Origin: Chthoniobacterales bacterium
Lineage (GTDB): Bacteria > Verrucomicrobiota > Verrucomicrobiia > Chthoniobacterales > Chthoniobacteraceae
Assembly (NCBI GenBank): GCA_038207335.1
Contig: JBBQZX010000007.1
Coordinates: 1 to 64,000 of the forward strand
Direction of reading: 5' to 3'
DNA: 64,000 bases
Of this stretch, positions 8,010 through 19,900 are shown piece by piece. A model generated the notes under the pieces. It had not been told where the DNA came from and did no database searches. It worked only from the letters and a program-made list of their open reading frames with translations. Within the stretch, counting starts at the first letter, position 1. Every line of letters begins with the position of its first letter. The translations under genes and the position numbers were made by a program.

Positions 8010-10805
8010 ATGAGCTCCGAACGCCGAAAGCCCTACCCCTTCGACACCATCGAGCCCAAGTGGCAGGCCCACTGGGACACCCACCAGACCTTCCACGTCC
8101 CGAACCCCGGCGAGCCCACCTTCGACCCGACTCGGCCCAAGTTCTTCATCCTCGATATGTTCCCTTACCCCTCGGGCGCGGGCCTTCACGTCGGGCATCC
8201 CGAGGGCTACACCGCCACCGACATCGTCGCTCGCTTCAAGCGCCAGTGCGGCTTCAACGTCCTCCACCCCATGGGCTGGGACGCCTTTGGCCTGCCCGCC
8301 GAGCAGTACGCCATCAAAACCGGCCAGCATCCCGCCGTCACCACAGCCGCGAATGTCGCCCACTTCAAGGGCCAGCTCCAGCGCATCGGCTTCGCCTACG
8401 ACTGGCAGCGCGAGGTGAATACCACAGACCCCGGCTACTTTCGCTGGACCCAGTGGATCTTCCTCCAGCTCTACAGCGCGTGGTTTAATGCGGACACCCA
8501 GCGTGCCGAGCCCATCTCCACCTACACTGGCCCCGACCCCGACTCCGTTCGCCTCGCCTACGTTGCCGACGCCCGCGTCAACTGGTGCGCCGAACTCGGC
8601 ACCGTCCTCGCCAATGAAGAGGTCATCGACGGCAAGAGCGAAGTCGGAGGCTTCCCCGTCGTCCGCCGCCCCATGCGCCAGTGGATGCTCCGCATCACCG
8701 CCTTTGCCGAGCGACTCATCCACGGCCTCGACGGACTCGACTGGCCCGACAGCATCAAAGCCCTTCAGCGCAACTGGATCGGCCGCTCCGAAGGCGCGGA
8801 GGTCACCTTCACCTCTGACGCCGGAGCCCCCATCACCGTCTTCACCACCCGTCCCGACACCCTCTTCGGCGCCACCTATCTCGTCCTCGCTCCCGAGCAG
8901 TTCCTCGTAGAAAAGCTCACCACTCCCGAGCAGGCCGACGCCGTGCGAGCCTACGTCGAAAAGGCATCCCGCAAGAGCGACCTCGAGCGCACCGACCTCG
9001 CCAAGGACAAGACAGGCGTATGGACCGGTGCCTTCGCCACCAATCCCGTCAACTACGAGCGCGTCCCCATCTGGATCGCAGACTACGTCCTCGCCGGCTA
9101 CGGCACCGGCGCCATCATGGCAGTCCCGGCGCACGACGAGCGGGACTGGGCATTCGCTCAAAAGTTCGCCCTGCCCATCCGCGAAGTTGTCAGCGACACC
9201 CCGCGCCTCGGCCTCGGCGGAGGCAGCCCCTGCAGCGCCGAGCCGCTCGACTGCTTCCCCGGCGAAGGCTTTGCCATCAACTCCGGTCCCCTCGATGGCC
9301 TGCCCACCTCCGAGGCAAAAGCCGAGATCACCCGGCGTCTCGGAGCCGTCGGAGCCGGCAAAAAGTGCATCACCTACAAGCTCCGCGACTGGCTCTTCTC
9401 CCGCCAGCGCTACTGGGGAGAGCCCTTCCCCGTCGTCTGGGAGGAGGGGAAACATCGCGCCATTCCGGCCTCCGAACTCCCCCTCATGCCTCCCGAGCTC
9501 TCCGACTTCGAGCCCACCGGCACCGGCGAGCCCCCCCTCGCCCGCGCCGTCGAATGGCTCACCTACAGCCCCACCGCCCGGCGCGAGACCAACACCATGC
9601 CCCAGTGGGCGGGTTCCTGTTGGTACTATCTACGCTACTGCGACCCCTCGAATACCGAGCGATTCGTCGGGAAAGCGGCGGAATCCTATTGGATGGGCGG
9701 CTCGATCGAACCCGAGCAAACGCCCAATCGACCCGCTTGCCACGCACAAGCGGATGTTTTGGGCATGGCCAAGTCTTCAGGGGGCGTCGGCGAGGGGGAA
9801 GCTGGTGCCGCACAAGGCAATCCGAACTCCATGACTTCGAGTCCCGAACTCATGGAGTTTGAAGCTCAAAGTCCTGCACCTCCGACCTCATTCTCCAGCA
9901 CCTCGGCTGGCGCACTCTCCCAGACCCCGTCCAAGCCCGGTGGAGTCGATCTCTACGTCGGCGGCACCGAGCACGCGGTTTTACACCTTCTCTACGCCCG
10001 CTTCTGGCACAAAGCCCTCTATGACTTGGGCCATCTCTCGACGCCCGAGCCCTTCCAGCGCCTTGTAAACCAGGGGCTCATCATGGGCGAGGACGGGCAG
10101 AAGATGAGCAAATCCCGCGGCAATGTCGTCAATCCCGACACCGTCATCGAGGCGTATGGGGCGGACGCCTTTCGCTGTTACGAGATGTTCATGGGCCCTC
10201 TGGAGCAGTCGAAGCCTTGGTCGATGACCGGCGTCGAAGGCGTCTCCCGCTTTCTTGCCCGCGTCTGGCGCCTCGTCATGGAGGAACAGCAGGACGGGTC
10301 GTGGTCCCTCTCTCCAGCGATCGCCGACGTCGAGCCCGACAAAGCACTGCGCAAAGTCGTGCACGCGACCATCAAAAAGGTCGGGGAAGACATCGAGACC
10401 CTCTCTTTCAATACCGCCATCTCCCAGATGATGATCTGCGTGAATGCGCTCATCCCCGCCTCTCCGCGCCCGAAAAGCGCGGTGCTCCGGCTGTTGCAAG
10501 TCCTGAACCCCTTCGCGCCGCACCTCACCGAGGAGCTGTGGGAAAAGCTCGCCGGCGTGCCCACGACCCTCGCCGACGAGCCCTGGCCCGCTTGGGACCC
10601 CGTGGCATTGATCGAGGATGAGTGGGAGCTGCCCGTGCAAGTGAACGGGAAACTGCGCGACAAGATCACCGTCTCCCGCACCGCCGACGCCTCCGAGGTG
10701 GAAAAGACCGCGCTCCTTTCACCCAAAGTGCAGGAGCACATCGGCGGCAAACCCGTCCGCAAAGTCATCGTCGTCCCCGGGAAACTGGTGAACGTCGTGG
10801 TGTGA
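8010..10805 (+). CDS. leuS: Leucine--tRNA ligase (with an ~80-aa insertion)
   Basis: [14 protein letters not shown] (HIGH motif), CP1 editing motifs FTTRPDT and [23 protein letters not shown]-terminal VQVNGKLR. Confidence 0.97.
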   Translation: MSSERRKPYPFDTIEPKWQAHWDTHQTFHVPNPGEPTFDPTRPKFFILDMFPYPSGAGLHVGHPEGYTATDIVARFKRQCGFNVLHPMGWDAFGLPAEQYAIKTGQHPAVTTAANVAHFKGQLQRIGFAYDWQREVNTTDPGYFRWTQWIFLQLYSAWFNADTQRAEPISTYTGPDPDSVRLAYVADARVNWCAELGTVLANEEVIDGKSEVGGFPVVRRPMRQWMLRITAFAERLIHGLDGLDWPDSIKALQRNWIGRSEGAEVTFTSDAGAPITVFTTRPDTLFGATYLVLAPEQFLVEKLTTPEQADAVRAYVEKASRKSDLERTDLAKDKTGVWTGAFATNPVNYERVPIWIADYVLAGYGTGAIMAVPAHDERDWAFAQKFALPIREVVSDTPRLGLGGGSPCSAEPLDCFPGEGFAINSGPLDGLPTSEAKAEITRRLGAVGAGKKCITYKLRDWLFSRQRYWGEPFPVVWEEGKHRAIPASELPLMPPELSDFEPTGTGEPPLARAVEWLTYSPTARRETNTMPQWAGSCWYYLRYCDPSNTERFVGKAAESYWMGGSIEPEQTPNRPACHAQADVLGMAKSSGGVGEGEAGAAQGNPNSMTSSPELMEFEAQSPAPPTSFSSTSAGALSQTPSKPGGVDLYVGGTEHAVLHLLYARFWHKALYDLGHLSTPEPFQRLVNQGLIMGEDGQKMSKSRGNVVNPDTVIEAYGADAFRCYEMFMGPLEQSKPWSMTGVEGVSRFLARVWRLVMEEQQDGSWSLSPAIADVEPDKALRKVVHATIKKVGEDIETLSFNTAISQMMICVNALIPASPRPKSAVLRLLQVLNPFAPHLTEELWEKLAGVPTTLADEPWPAWDPVALIEDEWELPVQVNGKLRDKITVSRTADASEVEKTALLSPKVQEHIGGKPVRKVIVVPGKLVNVVV
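9825..9859. repeat. Hairpin inside the leuS insertion
   Basis: AACTCCATGA-cTTCGagtccCGAAc-TCATGGAGTT: perfect 10-bp arms plus an inner 4-bp stem. Confidence 0.8.
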
Positions 10806-10903
10806 GGTCGCCGTTTCGGCGTCGCAAAGTCGCGAGAATGTCACGGTAAAGCGGTGGAAGCGCCACGGACGTGGGGGAGATTTGCGGGCCTTTATCCCCG
10901 CCC

Positions 10904-13900
10904 ATGTCCGCCCACTCCCATCGCCGTCCCCGTAAAGCGCGCCGCTCCAGCCTCGGGGCTGCACCCTCGACCGCACTGAGCGTCACCATCTCCGCCGCGC
11001 TCGGCCTTTTCGCAAGCCTGTCTGCGACGACGCACGCTGGCGACATCCTGCGCGGTGGAATGGGGGGCGGCGGCACGGCTCCGCACACCGGCGGCGGCGC
11101 ATCGGGGCGCTCAACCGGAAGCGGAGGCGAGCAGGCGCGGGCGAATGCGCAGGAAGCGCTGCGCCGTTCGAACGCAGCAGTCGATGCGGTCCGGGCGATG
11201 CAAGACTCGGCACGCGCCGCCGCAGTCGCCCGCGCGAACCTTTCGATGACTCTGGGTCGCACACAGAAGGCGCTCCCGACCGTGCCGAATGGGCTCGTCG
11301 TCGGCGGCTTGCAGGTGGCGCCCGGCGTGCCGAAAGATCTCGCGAAGCCCGAAGCCGGGGAGGATTCGTCCCTCTGGACTGGGGCGAAACTGCCGCGCCA
11401 ATACTCCGGCAGCGGGCGGACAACGGTCGTGGTGGAGCAGACGCAGCAGCAGGCGGTGCTGAACTGGAAGACGTTCAATGTGGGCAAACAGACCACGCTG
11501 AAGTTCGATCAGAGCCGCGCGAAGGGGCGCGCGAGCGAGTGGATCGCGTTCAATAAAGTCAGCGACCCGAGCGGAGTGCCGTCGCAGATCCTCGGCTCGA
11601 TCGAGGCTCCGGGACAGGTGTATGTCATCAACCGCAACGGGATCATCTTCGGAGGCACGGCGCAGATTAATACGCACGCACTGGTCGCGAGCACGCTGCC
11701 GATCAATGACACGCTGCTCCAGCGCGGGCTGCTGAACCAAGAGAACGCGAACGCGCGCTTTTTGTTCTCGGGAGTCACGAGCGATGTGCCCTTTACGCTG
11801 CCGGAGGGCACGGTGGATTACACGCTCACGCAGTCCGTCGCGGCAGGCACGAAGCCAACCGTGAGCTACGTCTCCAACGGCAGCGCGAGCCCGCTGAGCG
11901 CTGGAACGGACTTCACTTTCGCGAAGAACGACGCGGGCAGGACGGTGCTCACATTCACCCCCGACGGCCTCGCGAAAGTCGGAGCCGCGTCGGTGAGCGT
12001 GGCGTACACCACGCCCTCGGGTGATGTGGTCGTGCAACCGGGCGCGCGACTTTCCGCCCCGACGAATGCCGCGCACACCGGAGGCCGCGTCGCGCTCATC
12101 GGAGCGAATGTGCGCAACGAGGGCACGATCTCCACGCCCGACGGGCAGACGATCCTCGCGGCGGGCAGGCAGGTCGGCTTGGTGGCGCACGCGAGCAGCG
12201 ATCCAAGCCTGCGCGGGCTCGATGTCTTCGTGGGAAAAGTGGACGGTGCGAGCGGGACGGCGACCAACTCGGGCTTGATCGAAGCGCCTCGCGGCGCGGT
12301 GACGATGACCGGTCGCGCGGTGAATCAACTCGGCGCTGTGGACAGCTCGACCTCCGTGTCGCTGAATGGGCGGGTCGATCTGCTGGCGAGCTTCGGTGCG
12401 ATCGCGAACCCTATCTTCGACTCGCTCAACGCCGCGTCGCAGCCTTTCCTGCCCACGCAGACCGGTGTCGTGACGCTCGGCGCTTCGAGCATCACCCGCA
12501 TCCTGCCGGAGCTCGACAGCAGCGAGACAGTCGTCGGCACTGAGCTCGCTCTGCGGTCGCAAATCAATGCACAAGGTCGCACGCTGCACCTCGCCGGAGA
12601 TGCCGCGATCTTCGCCCCGAACGCGACCGTGCGCCTCGACGCCGGGGTGTGGGCGCCGATCCTTCCAGCGGCGCCACTCGCGCAATTCGTCCACGCGAGC
12701 GGGCAGATTTACCTCGACTCGGGAGCAACAATCAACGTCGCGGGGACGACCGACGTGAGCGTATCGGTCACGCAGAACTTCCTCGATCTCCAGCTCCGTG
12801 GCGCGGAACTCGCCGACACGCCGCTGCAGCGCGGCGGCCTCCTGCGCGGCATCGACATCACGCTCGACCTGCGAAAAACGGGCACCTTCAACGGCTTCTC
12901 CTACGTCGGCACGCCGCTCGGCGACGCATCGGGATTTGCCGGGCTCGTGCAGCGCACCGTGGCGCAGCTCACAACCGCGGGCGGCACGGTGAGCCTCAGC
13001 GCCGGTGGCTCCGTCGTGCTCCAGAGCGGCTCCACGATCGACGTGTCGGGAGGCACGATCAACTTCGAGGGAGCGATGGTGCATACCACGCGCGTCATGT
13101 CGGCTGGTCAGATCCTCGACATTTCGCAGGCGACCCCGGACCGCATTTACGACGGGCTCTACTCCGGCACAGTAACCACAGCGACGAGCAAATACGGCAT
13201 CCGTGAGACATTCACGCACCCGCTCGCGCTGACCGGTGAGCACTTTGAGCCGAGTTATTTGCAGGGCGCGGACGGAGGGAAAATCACGATCACCGCGCCA
13301 TCTGTCGCGCTCGATGGGAAGCTGCTCGGCCGCGTCGCAGCGGGCGAACGCCAGCTCGCATTCGCGCCTGCCGTGAGCGAACTCGTGCTCATCTTCCTCC
13401 GCGAAAATGTCGGCGACCCGATCCCCGTCTCGCCGACGCCGCCGCAAATCCTCTTCGCCGACAACACGACGCTGTCGGCTGCAAACCCTTTCACCATCAG
13501 CCTCGACGACACGACGCCCGACCTCCGCGCCGATCGCGTCGCGAGCGTCATCCTCTCGCCGCGGCTCCTCACGACAGACGGCTTTGGCAAGCTCACCGTG
13601 GACAACAGCGACGGCGACATCTTCGTCCCGCGCGGCATCTCGCTCGACGCGCCCGTCTGGGGCGGAGTCACGCTACGAGCCGCAAATCTCAAGATCGAAG
13701 GCAACGTGACGGCACCCAGCGGCACGCTCGATTTCACGGCGTTCAACGTCTCGCCATCCGTCGCCGCAGCGCTCGACCCCGGCTCGCCGACGCCGGTCGC
13801 CGACCCGATGCGCGGGCTCTTCACGCTCGCCGCGGGAGCGCACCTCAGCACCGCCGGGCTCATCATCGATCGGCGGGTGAATTTGACCGACCTCACCGCA

Positions 13901-16900
13901 ATCGACGGCGGCTCGATATCTATCAGCGCCTTCAACGCCGACCTGCTCGTGGGAAGCACCGTCGATGTCTCCGGCGGTGTCGTCGTGAGCTCGACCGGCA
14001 GGCGCACCTACGGCTCCGGCGGCCGCATCGTGATCGCCGCCGGGCGCGACCCGAACGCCAACCCGCTGGCAAGAGCCGTGCTCGGCGGGCGGCTCGACCT
14101 GCAGGCGGAACTCAGCGGATTTTCAGGAGGAAATGGCGGCTCTCTCGCGATCCAGGCGCCGCAAATCCAAGTCGGCGGCGTCGCGCCATCCGCGCGCACA
14201 TTCCTCGTGGACCCTGTGTTCTTCAGCACTGGCGGCTTCACGGACTTTACCCTCACCGGCCTCGGCGCGATCTCGAAACGCACCGACGCGACGATCCCGG
14301 GCCTGCTCATCGCGCCCGGCACCGTCATCGAACCGGTCGCGCAAAGCTGGCTCGCGATCTCCGGCGAGCCCGGGCCAAACGGCATCACGCTCATCCCGAT
14401 CGTCCGACCGCAGGGACTGCGTTCGCCGGTTTCGCTGAGCTTCAATTCGCTCGGCGCGCAAGTCGTGAAGCCGTCCGGCGAGATCACGCTCATCCGCGGC
14501 GACATCGTCATGGGCCTGGGCGCGTCGATCAAAACAGACCCGCGCGCGAGCGTCGCAATCTCCGGCGACACCGTCGAATTGCTCGGCTCCATCGTCGCCC
14601 CCGGCGGCGCGATTTCCATCTCTGGCGCGGGTAGATATCCCACGCTCCTTGCCGCTCCTTCTGAAGCACTCGGGACCGTCCACATCGCCTCCTCCAGCTT
14701 CCTCTCCACCGCCGGCACACTCCTGCTCACGCCCGACGCGTACGGTCGCCGCAACGGCTCGGTGCTGCCCGGCGGCACGATCAGCGTCTCGGGAAATATC
14801 GTCGCCGATGCGGGCGCGACGCTTGATGTCTCAGGCTCCACCGGCGTGCTCGATCTCGCGCCGACCTCGGTGCAGCCGAGCGCCGCAGTCAATGGCAGCC
14901 TCGACGGCGCATCTTTCGTCCCCGCCACTTCCGGCGTGAACGCCGGTCTCTGGAGCATCGCCTCCGTCCCGGTCCGCATCGACAGCGACGCCGGCGCGAT
15001 CACGCTCACCGGCGCGCAGGAGCTTTTCTCCGACGCGACGCTGCTCGGAAATGCCGGCGGCCCCACTGCACTCGGCGGCACGCTGGCCGTCACGTCCGGT
15101 CGATTCTACGCGCCCACCGATCCGCTCAGGACGCCTGCCGACATCACGCTCATCGTCTCGCAGACCGGCCTCACGCGTCCGCAAGTCGCGTTCCCCGCCG
15201 GCGAGTCACCGCTCGGGAATCCTGTGCTGGCGGCCAACGGAAGCCCGCTTGCCGCCCTCGGTCACTTCTCGGTCAGCACATTCACCAGCGGAGGATTCGA
15301 CTCGCTCAGGCTCGGTGGAAACGTCGAATTCCGCGGCCCCGTCACCGTCATCGCGCGCCGCGAAATCTCGGTCGCCAGCGGCGGCGTCCTCACTGCCGAC
15401 GCGGCGGTGAATCTCACCGCCTCGCACATCATCCTCGGCCAGCCATTCCAGCTTCCCGTCCCGATCGCCGAACTGCTCTCACCGTTTCTCCTCGACCAAC
15501 AGCCATTCGCCATTCCCGCCACATTCGGTCGCGGCTCGCTCACCGTCACCGCGCCGCTCATCGACGTCGGAAATCTCTCGCTGCAAAACATCGGAAGCAC
15601 GCGGCTCATCGCCGATGGCGGCGATATCCGCGGCGACGGCACGCTCGACGCCGCTGGCGATCTCTACCTCCGCGCCGGCCAGGTCTATCCGCCCACCGCC
15701 ACGCGCTTCGTCATCTCCGTTTCGGATAAAACGGTGACCGTCGCCACCAGCACAGTCGGCAGCGAAACCGTCACTCTCGCTTCGCCCGCGCTCCCGCCCG
15801 GCTTTGGCGTCGGCTCGCCTTTGCTCGGCTCCACGGTGCAGAGCGTGAGCGGCGCGACCGTCACTTTGGCCACCGGTGCAAATGCCTCGATCAGCGCGAA
15901 CACGTCGCTCGTCTTCGCGCCCGGCACCGTCACTGTCGCCGGCTCAGGCACGCGCCAGCTTCCACTTTCCGCTGGAGGCGAGCTCGACATCTACGCCTCC
16001 GTCATCCGCCAGGGCGGCGTCCTCCGCGCCCCGCTCGGCACGATCAATCTCGGCTGGGACGGCACCGGCACCGCCCCGCGCGACCTCATCGCGGACCGCC
16101 CGGTCGCCATCGCGCAGCGCGTCTCGCTCGCGTCCGGCAGCGTCACATCCGTCTCCGCGATCGACCCTCTCACCGGCTCGCCGCTGCTGATTCCCTTTGG
16201 CCTCAGCACCGATGGCAGCTCGTTCATCGACCCGACGGGCATCGATATTTCTGCGGGCGGACTCGTCGTGAAAGGCATCAACATCGCCGGCCAAAACGTC
16301 ACGATCGCGGCAGGTTCGACGCTCGACATCCGCGGCGGCGGCGACCTCTACGCCTACAGCTACTTGAAAGGCAACGGTGGTAGCACCGACATCCTCGGTT
16401 GGAATTTCAAGGGCTCGTGGACCGCGCAATCCTACAATGAAAGCGAAATCGTGCGGTTCGGCGGCGCGTTCTATTACGCCCGCACCGACATCCCCGCGGA
16501 GGTCGCATTCATCCCGCCGACGCCCGGCGCGTATTGGAAACAGGTCAGCGAATCGTTCGCCGTCATCCCCGGCTATCAGCCCGAATTCGCACCGTTCGCG
16601 CCTTTCAATAGCACGGTCGATCCGGGCTACACCCACATCGGTTTGAATGTCGGCGATCGCGTGACTCTCGCCGCAAGCAGCGGACTTGCCGCGGGCACTT
16701 ACACGCTCTTGCCCGCGCGATACGCACTGCTGCCGGGCGCGGTGCTCGTCACACCGCAGGGCGGCGCGCCGCTCGGCACCATCGAGATGCCGGAGGGCGC
16801 GGTGCTTGCCGCCGGTTACCGTTTCAACGCGCAAAATCGCGAACGCCGCATCGATCCGATCTTCACGAAATTCGAAATCGCGTCCGGTGATGTCGTGCGT

Positions 16901-19900
16901 GGACGGAGCGAATATCAGGAGTTTTTCGCGAACGACTTTCTCAAGAAACGCTCACAGACCCTCGGTCTACCGGTGCCGCGGCTCGCGAACGACGCGGGCC
17001 ATCTCGTGCTCCAGGCCACGCAGACCCTGCAGCTCCGCGGCGACATCCTCGCCCGCGGCGCGGACGCGTCGAGTCACGGCGGGCTCGTCGATATTTCGAG
17101 CACGTCGGACATTCTCATCGGCGGTCCTGACACCCGCGCGGCCAACGGCGTGCTCGTGCTGAATGCCGATCAGCTCAGCCGCTACGGAGCGGAGAGCCTG
17201 CTCATCGGCGGCGTGCGCACCGTCGGCAGCGACACGACGACCGTCGTCGTGAACACGAAAAAGCTGACCGTGGACAACGCCGGTTCGCCGCTCGCGGGCT
17301 CGGACATCGTGCTCGTCGCGAGTGAAAATCTCACGCTCGCCCCCGGCTCGCGCGTCGTGCAGTCCGGCGAACTCATCGCTCCCGCCGAGACGCTCGTGCT
17401 CGGAAATGCGGACGCGCCTGGAAGCGGCGACGGGCTGCTCGTGCGCGTGAGCAGCGATCCTGACGCCGCGGTGCGTCGCTTCGGCATCACCGCTTCGACA
17501 GTCCCGCATCTCACCATCGGCGCAGGCGCGCGGCTCGCCGGGACAAGCCTCACGCTCGACTCCACATTCGGCACCGCGCTCGCGCAGTCCGCGCGGCTCG
17601 ACGCGAAATACCTCTCGCTCAACAGCGGCCAAATCACGCTCGCCCTGGACGGCGCGGCCGTCATTCCCGCAACCGAGGGCCTCGTGCTCGGCGGCGCGCT
17701 GCTGCGCGAATTGCAAGACGCGCAGCGCATCTCGCTGCTCAGCTACTCCACGATCGATATCCGCGGCGCGGGCGACTTCCGCGGCAGCGGCGCGCTCTCG
17801 CTGCACGCCGGGCAGATTCGTGGATTCGACAACGCTGGCGGCACCGCAGCACTCAGCGCGCGCCGCATCACTCTCGACAATCGCCCGAACGCCACGCCGC
17901 TCGCGGCCGCCGCCGAGACGTTGGGCACGCTCGAATTCAGGGCTGGGACGATCCGCATCGGCGCGAATCCGCTCGCGGTCGATCAGTTCGAAAATCTCGA
18001 ATTGAAGGCTTCCAGAAAGATCGCCGTGCTAGGCAATGGCGGGCTCACCGCACAGGGCTCGATCACCGCCACGACACCCGCGATCACCGCCGCGCAGGCC
18101 TCCACACAGGCGCTGCGGGCGGGTGGCGCGCTCGTCGTCCAGGCTCCGGAAGGCCGCGCGCGCGCGATCGCCAGCGGGCTCGGCGCGACCCTCACACTCG
18201 AGGGTGGCACGAGCGTGACCGTCACCAGTGCCATCGTTTTGCCGAGCGGCCTCCTCACGCTTCGCGCGGTAAATGGCGACGTCACAGTCGGCAGCCGCCT
18301 CGACGTGAGCGGCACGACCGCGACTTTCTTCGACCTCACGCGCTCCACCGACGCGGGCGAAATCAACCTCATGGCCGACGCAGGCTCGGTGACTGTGCAG
18401 GCCGGCGCGACGCTCTCCGTCGCCGCGTCCGCAGGCGGTTGGAAAGCGGGTGCGCTCTCGATTCGCACGCCCGGCGGCACCTTCACGCTCGACGGAAAAC
18501 TCCTCGGCCAGGCCGGCGCGGGCGGCGTCGGTGGCACCTTCCTACTCGATACCGCGAGTTTGCCGACCATCGCGGAAGTGGCCAGCACGCTTGATTCCGG
18601 CGGCTTCACCGAATCGCAGACGATCCGCGTCCGCACCGGCGATGTGCTCATCGACGGCGTCTCCGCGACACGCGCGTTCCATCTTTCCGCCGACCTCGGC
18701 GCGATCACGCTTTCCGGAAAAATCGACGCGTCCGGTGCCACCGGCGGTGTGGTCACGCTCGCCTCGGCAGGCGATCTCACGTTGCTCGATGGCTCCGAAA
18801 TTACCGTCGCGGCGGAGGATTTCAGCCATGCCGGAAAAGGCGGCGCAATCGCGCTCGAGACGCGCACCGGATTCATCGACATGCAGGCGGGATCGAAAAT
18901 CGATCTCACCGTCGCCGCATCCACCGATACCGCCGCGGAGCAGGCACTCGGTCACTTCACCGGCACGCTGCACCTGCGCGCCGCGCAGACCGCCGATAGC
19001 CTCGACGTGCAGATCAACTCGCTTGCGGGGGGTATTTTCGGCGTATCGATCATCAGCGCGGAGGGGTACAAAGTTTACACTCCCGGCGGGGGCACGATCT
19101 CGACCGCGGTGCAGAATTCCATTCGCGCGAATGGAAACATTTTCGGCGGAAATTCCGACGCGATCACGGCGCGCCTGCTCACCGGTAATGGCAATAACCT
19201 CGAACCGGTTTTCAGCGTCCTGACTGGTGCCGAACTCGTGAGCGCGGGCAATCTCACGCTCGGCACGGGCAACTCGAACAGTACCGCGGACTGGAATCTT
19301 TCCACCTTCCGTTTCGGCCCGAAAAACGCTCCCGGCGTGCTCACCCTGCGCGCCGCCGGAAACCTCGTTTTCAACAACGGCATCAGCGACGGCTTCGTCA
19401 CGACGACGTTCAATTCCGATCTCCTCGCGCCAAATGCCGCGCTGCCGGCGAACGCGCAGACGTGGTCCTACCGCCTCGCCGCTGGCGCGGATTTGAGCGC
19501 CGCCGATGTGCTGCAAGTCCAGCAAATATCGGCCCTCTCGGATGGTGTCGGCTCTCTCCGGCTCGGCAAGAATTCCGCCCCAACTGGCAACACGATTGCG
19601 CAAACGGTGCCGCGCCTTTTCCAAGTCATCCGCACCGGTTCGGGCGACATCGACGTCGCCGCGGGCCGCGATGTCGTGCTGCAAAATCTCTTCTCGAATA
19701 TCTACACCGTCGGCACGCAGGTTGCCGACCCCACGCTCGGCGGCACGTTCGAGCTCCCGCGCTCGCTCATCGGCGGCACGATCGCCTACGGCCCGCAATA
19801 CACGCTCGCCGGCGGCAACGTCCGCATCGCCGCGCAGGGCGACATCCGGCGTGACGCGCGCCTGCCCGGCAACGCGACCGGCTCGCAGGAGCAGCTCCCG

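Noticed and set aside
9696..9941. Intein or group I/II intron in leuS
   Set aside because: No intein splice-junction residues or endonuclease motifs; the frame is open and no intron core structure is recognisable.
10839..10864. TGTCAC...CGCC ECF41-like promoter before the FHA gene
   Set aside because: The -10 element and spacing deviate from TGTCACA-N16-CGTC; too weak to call.
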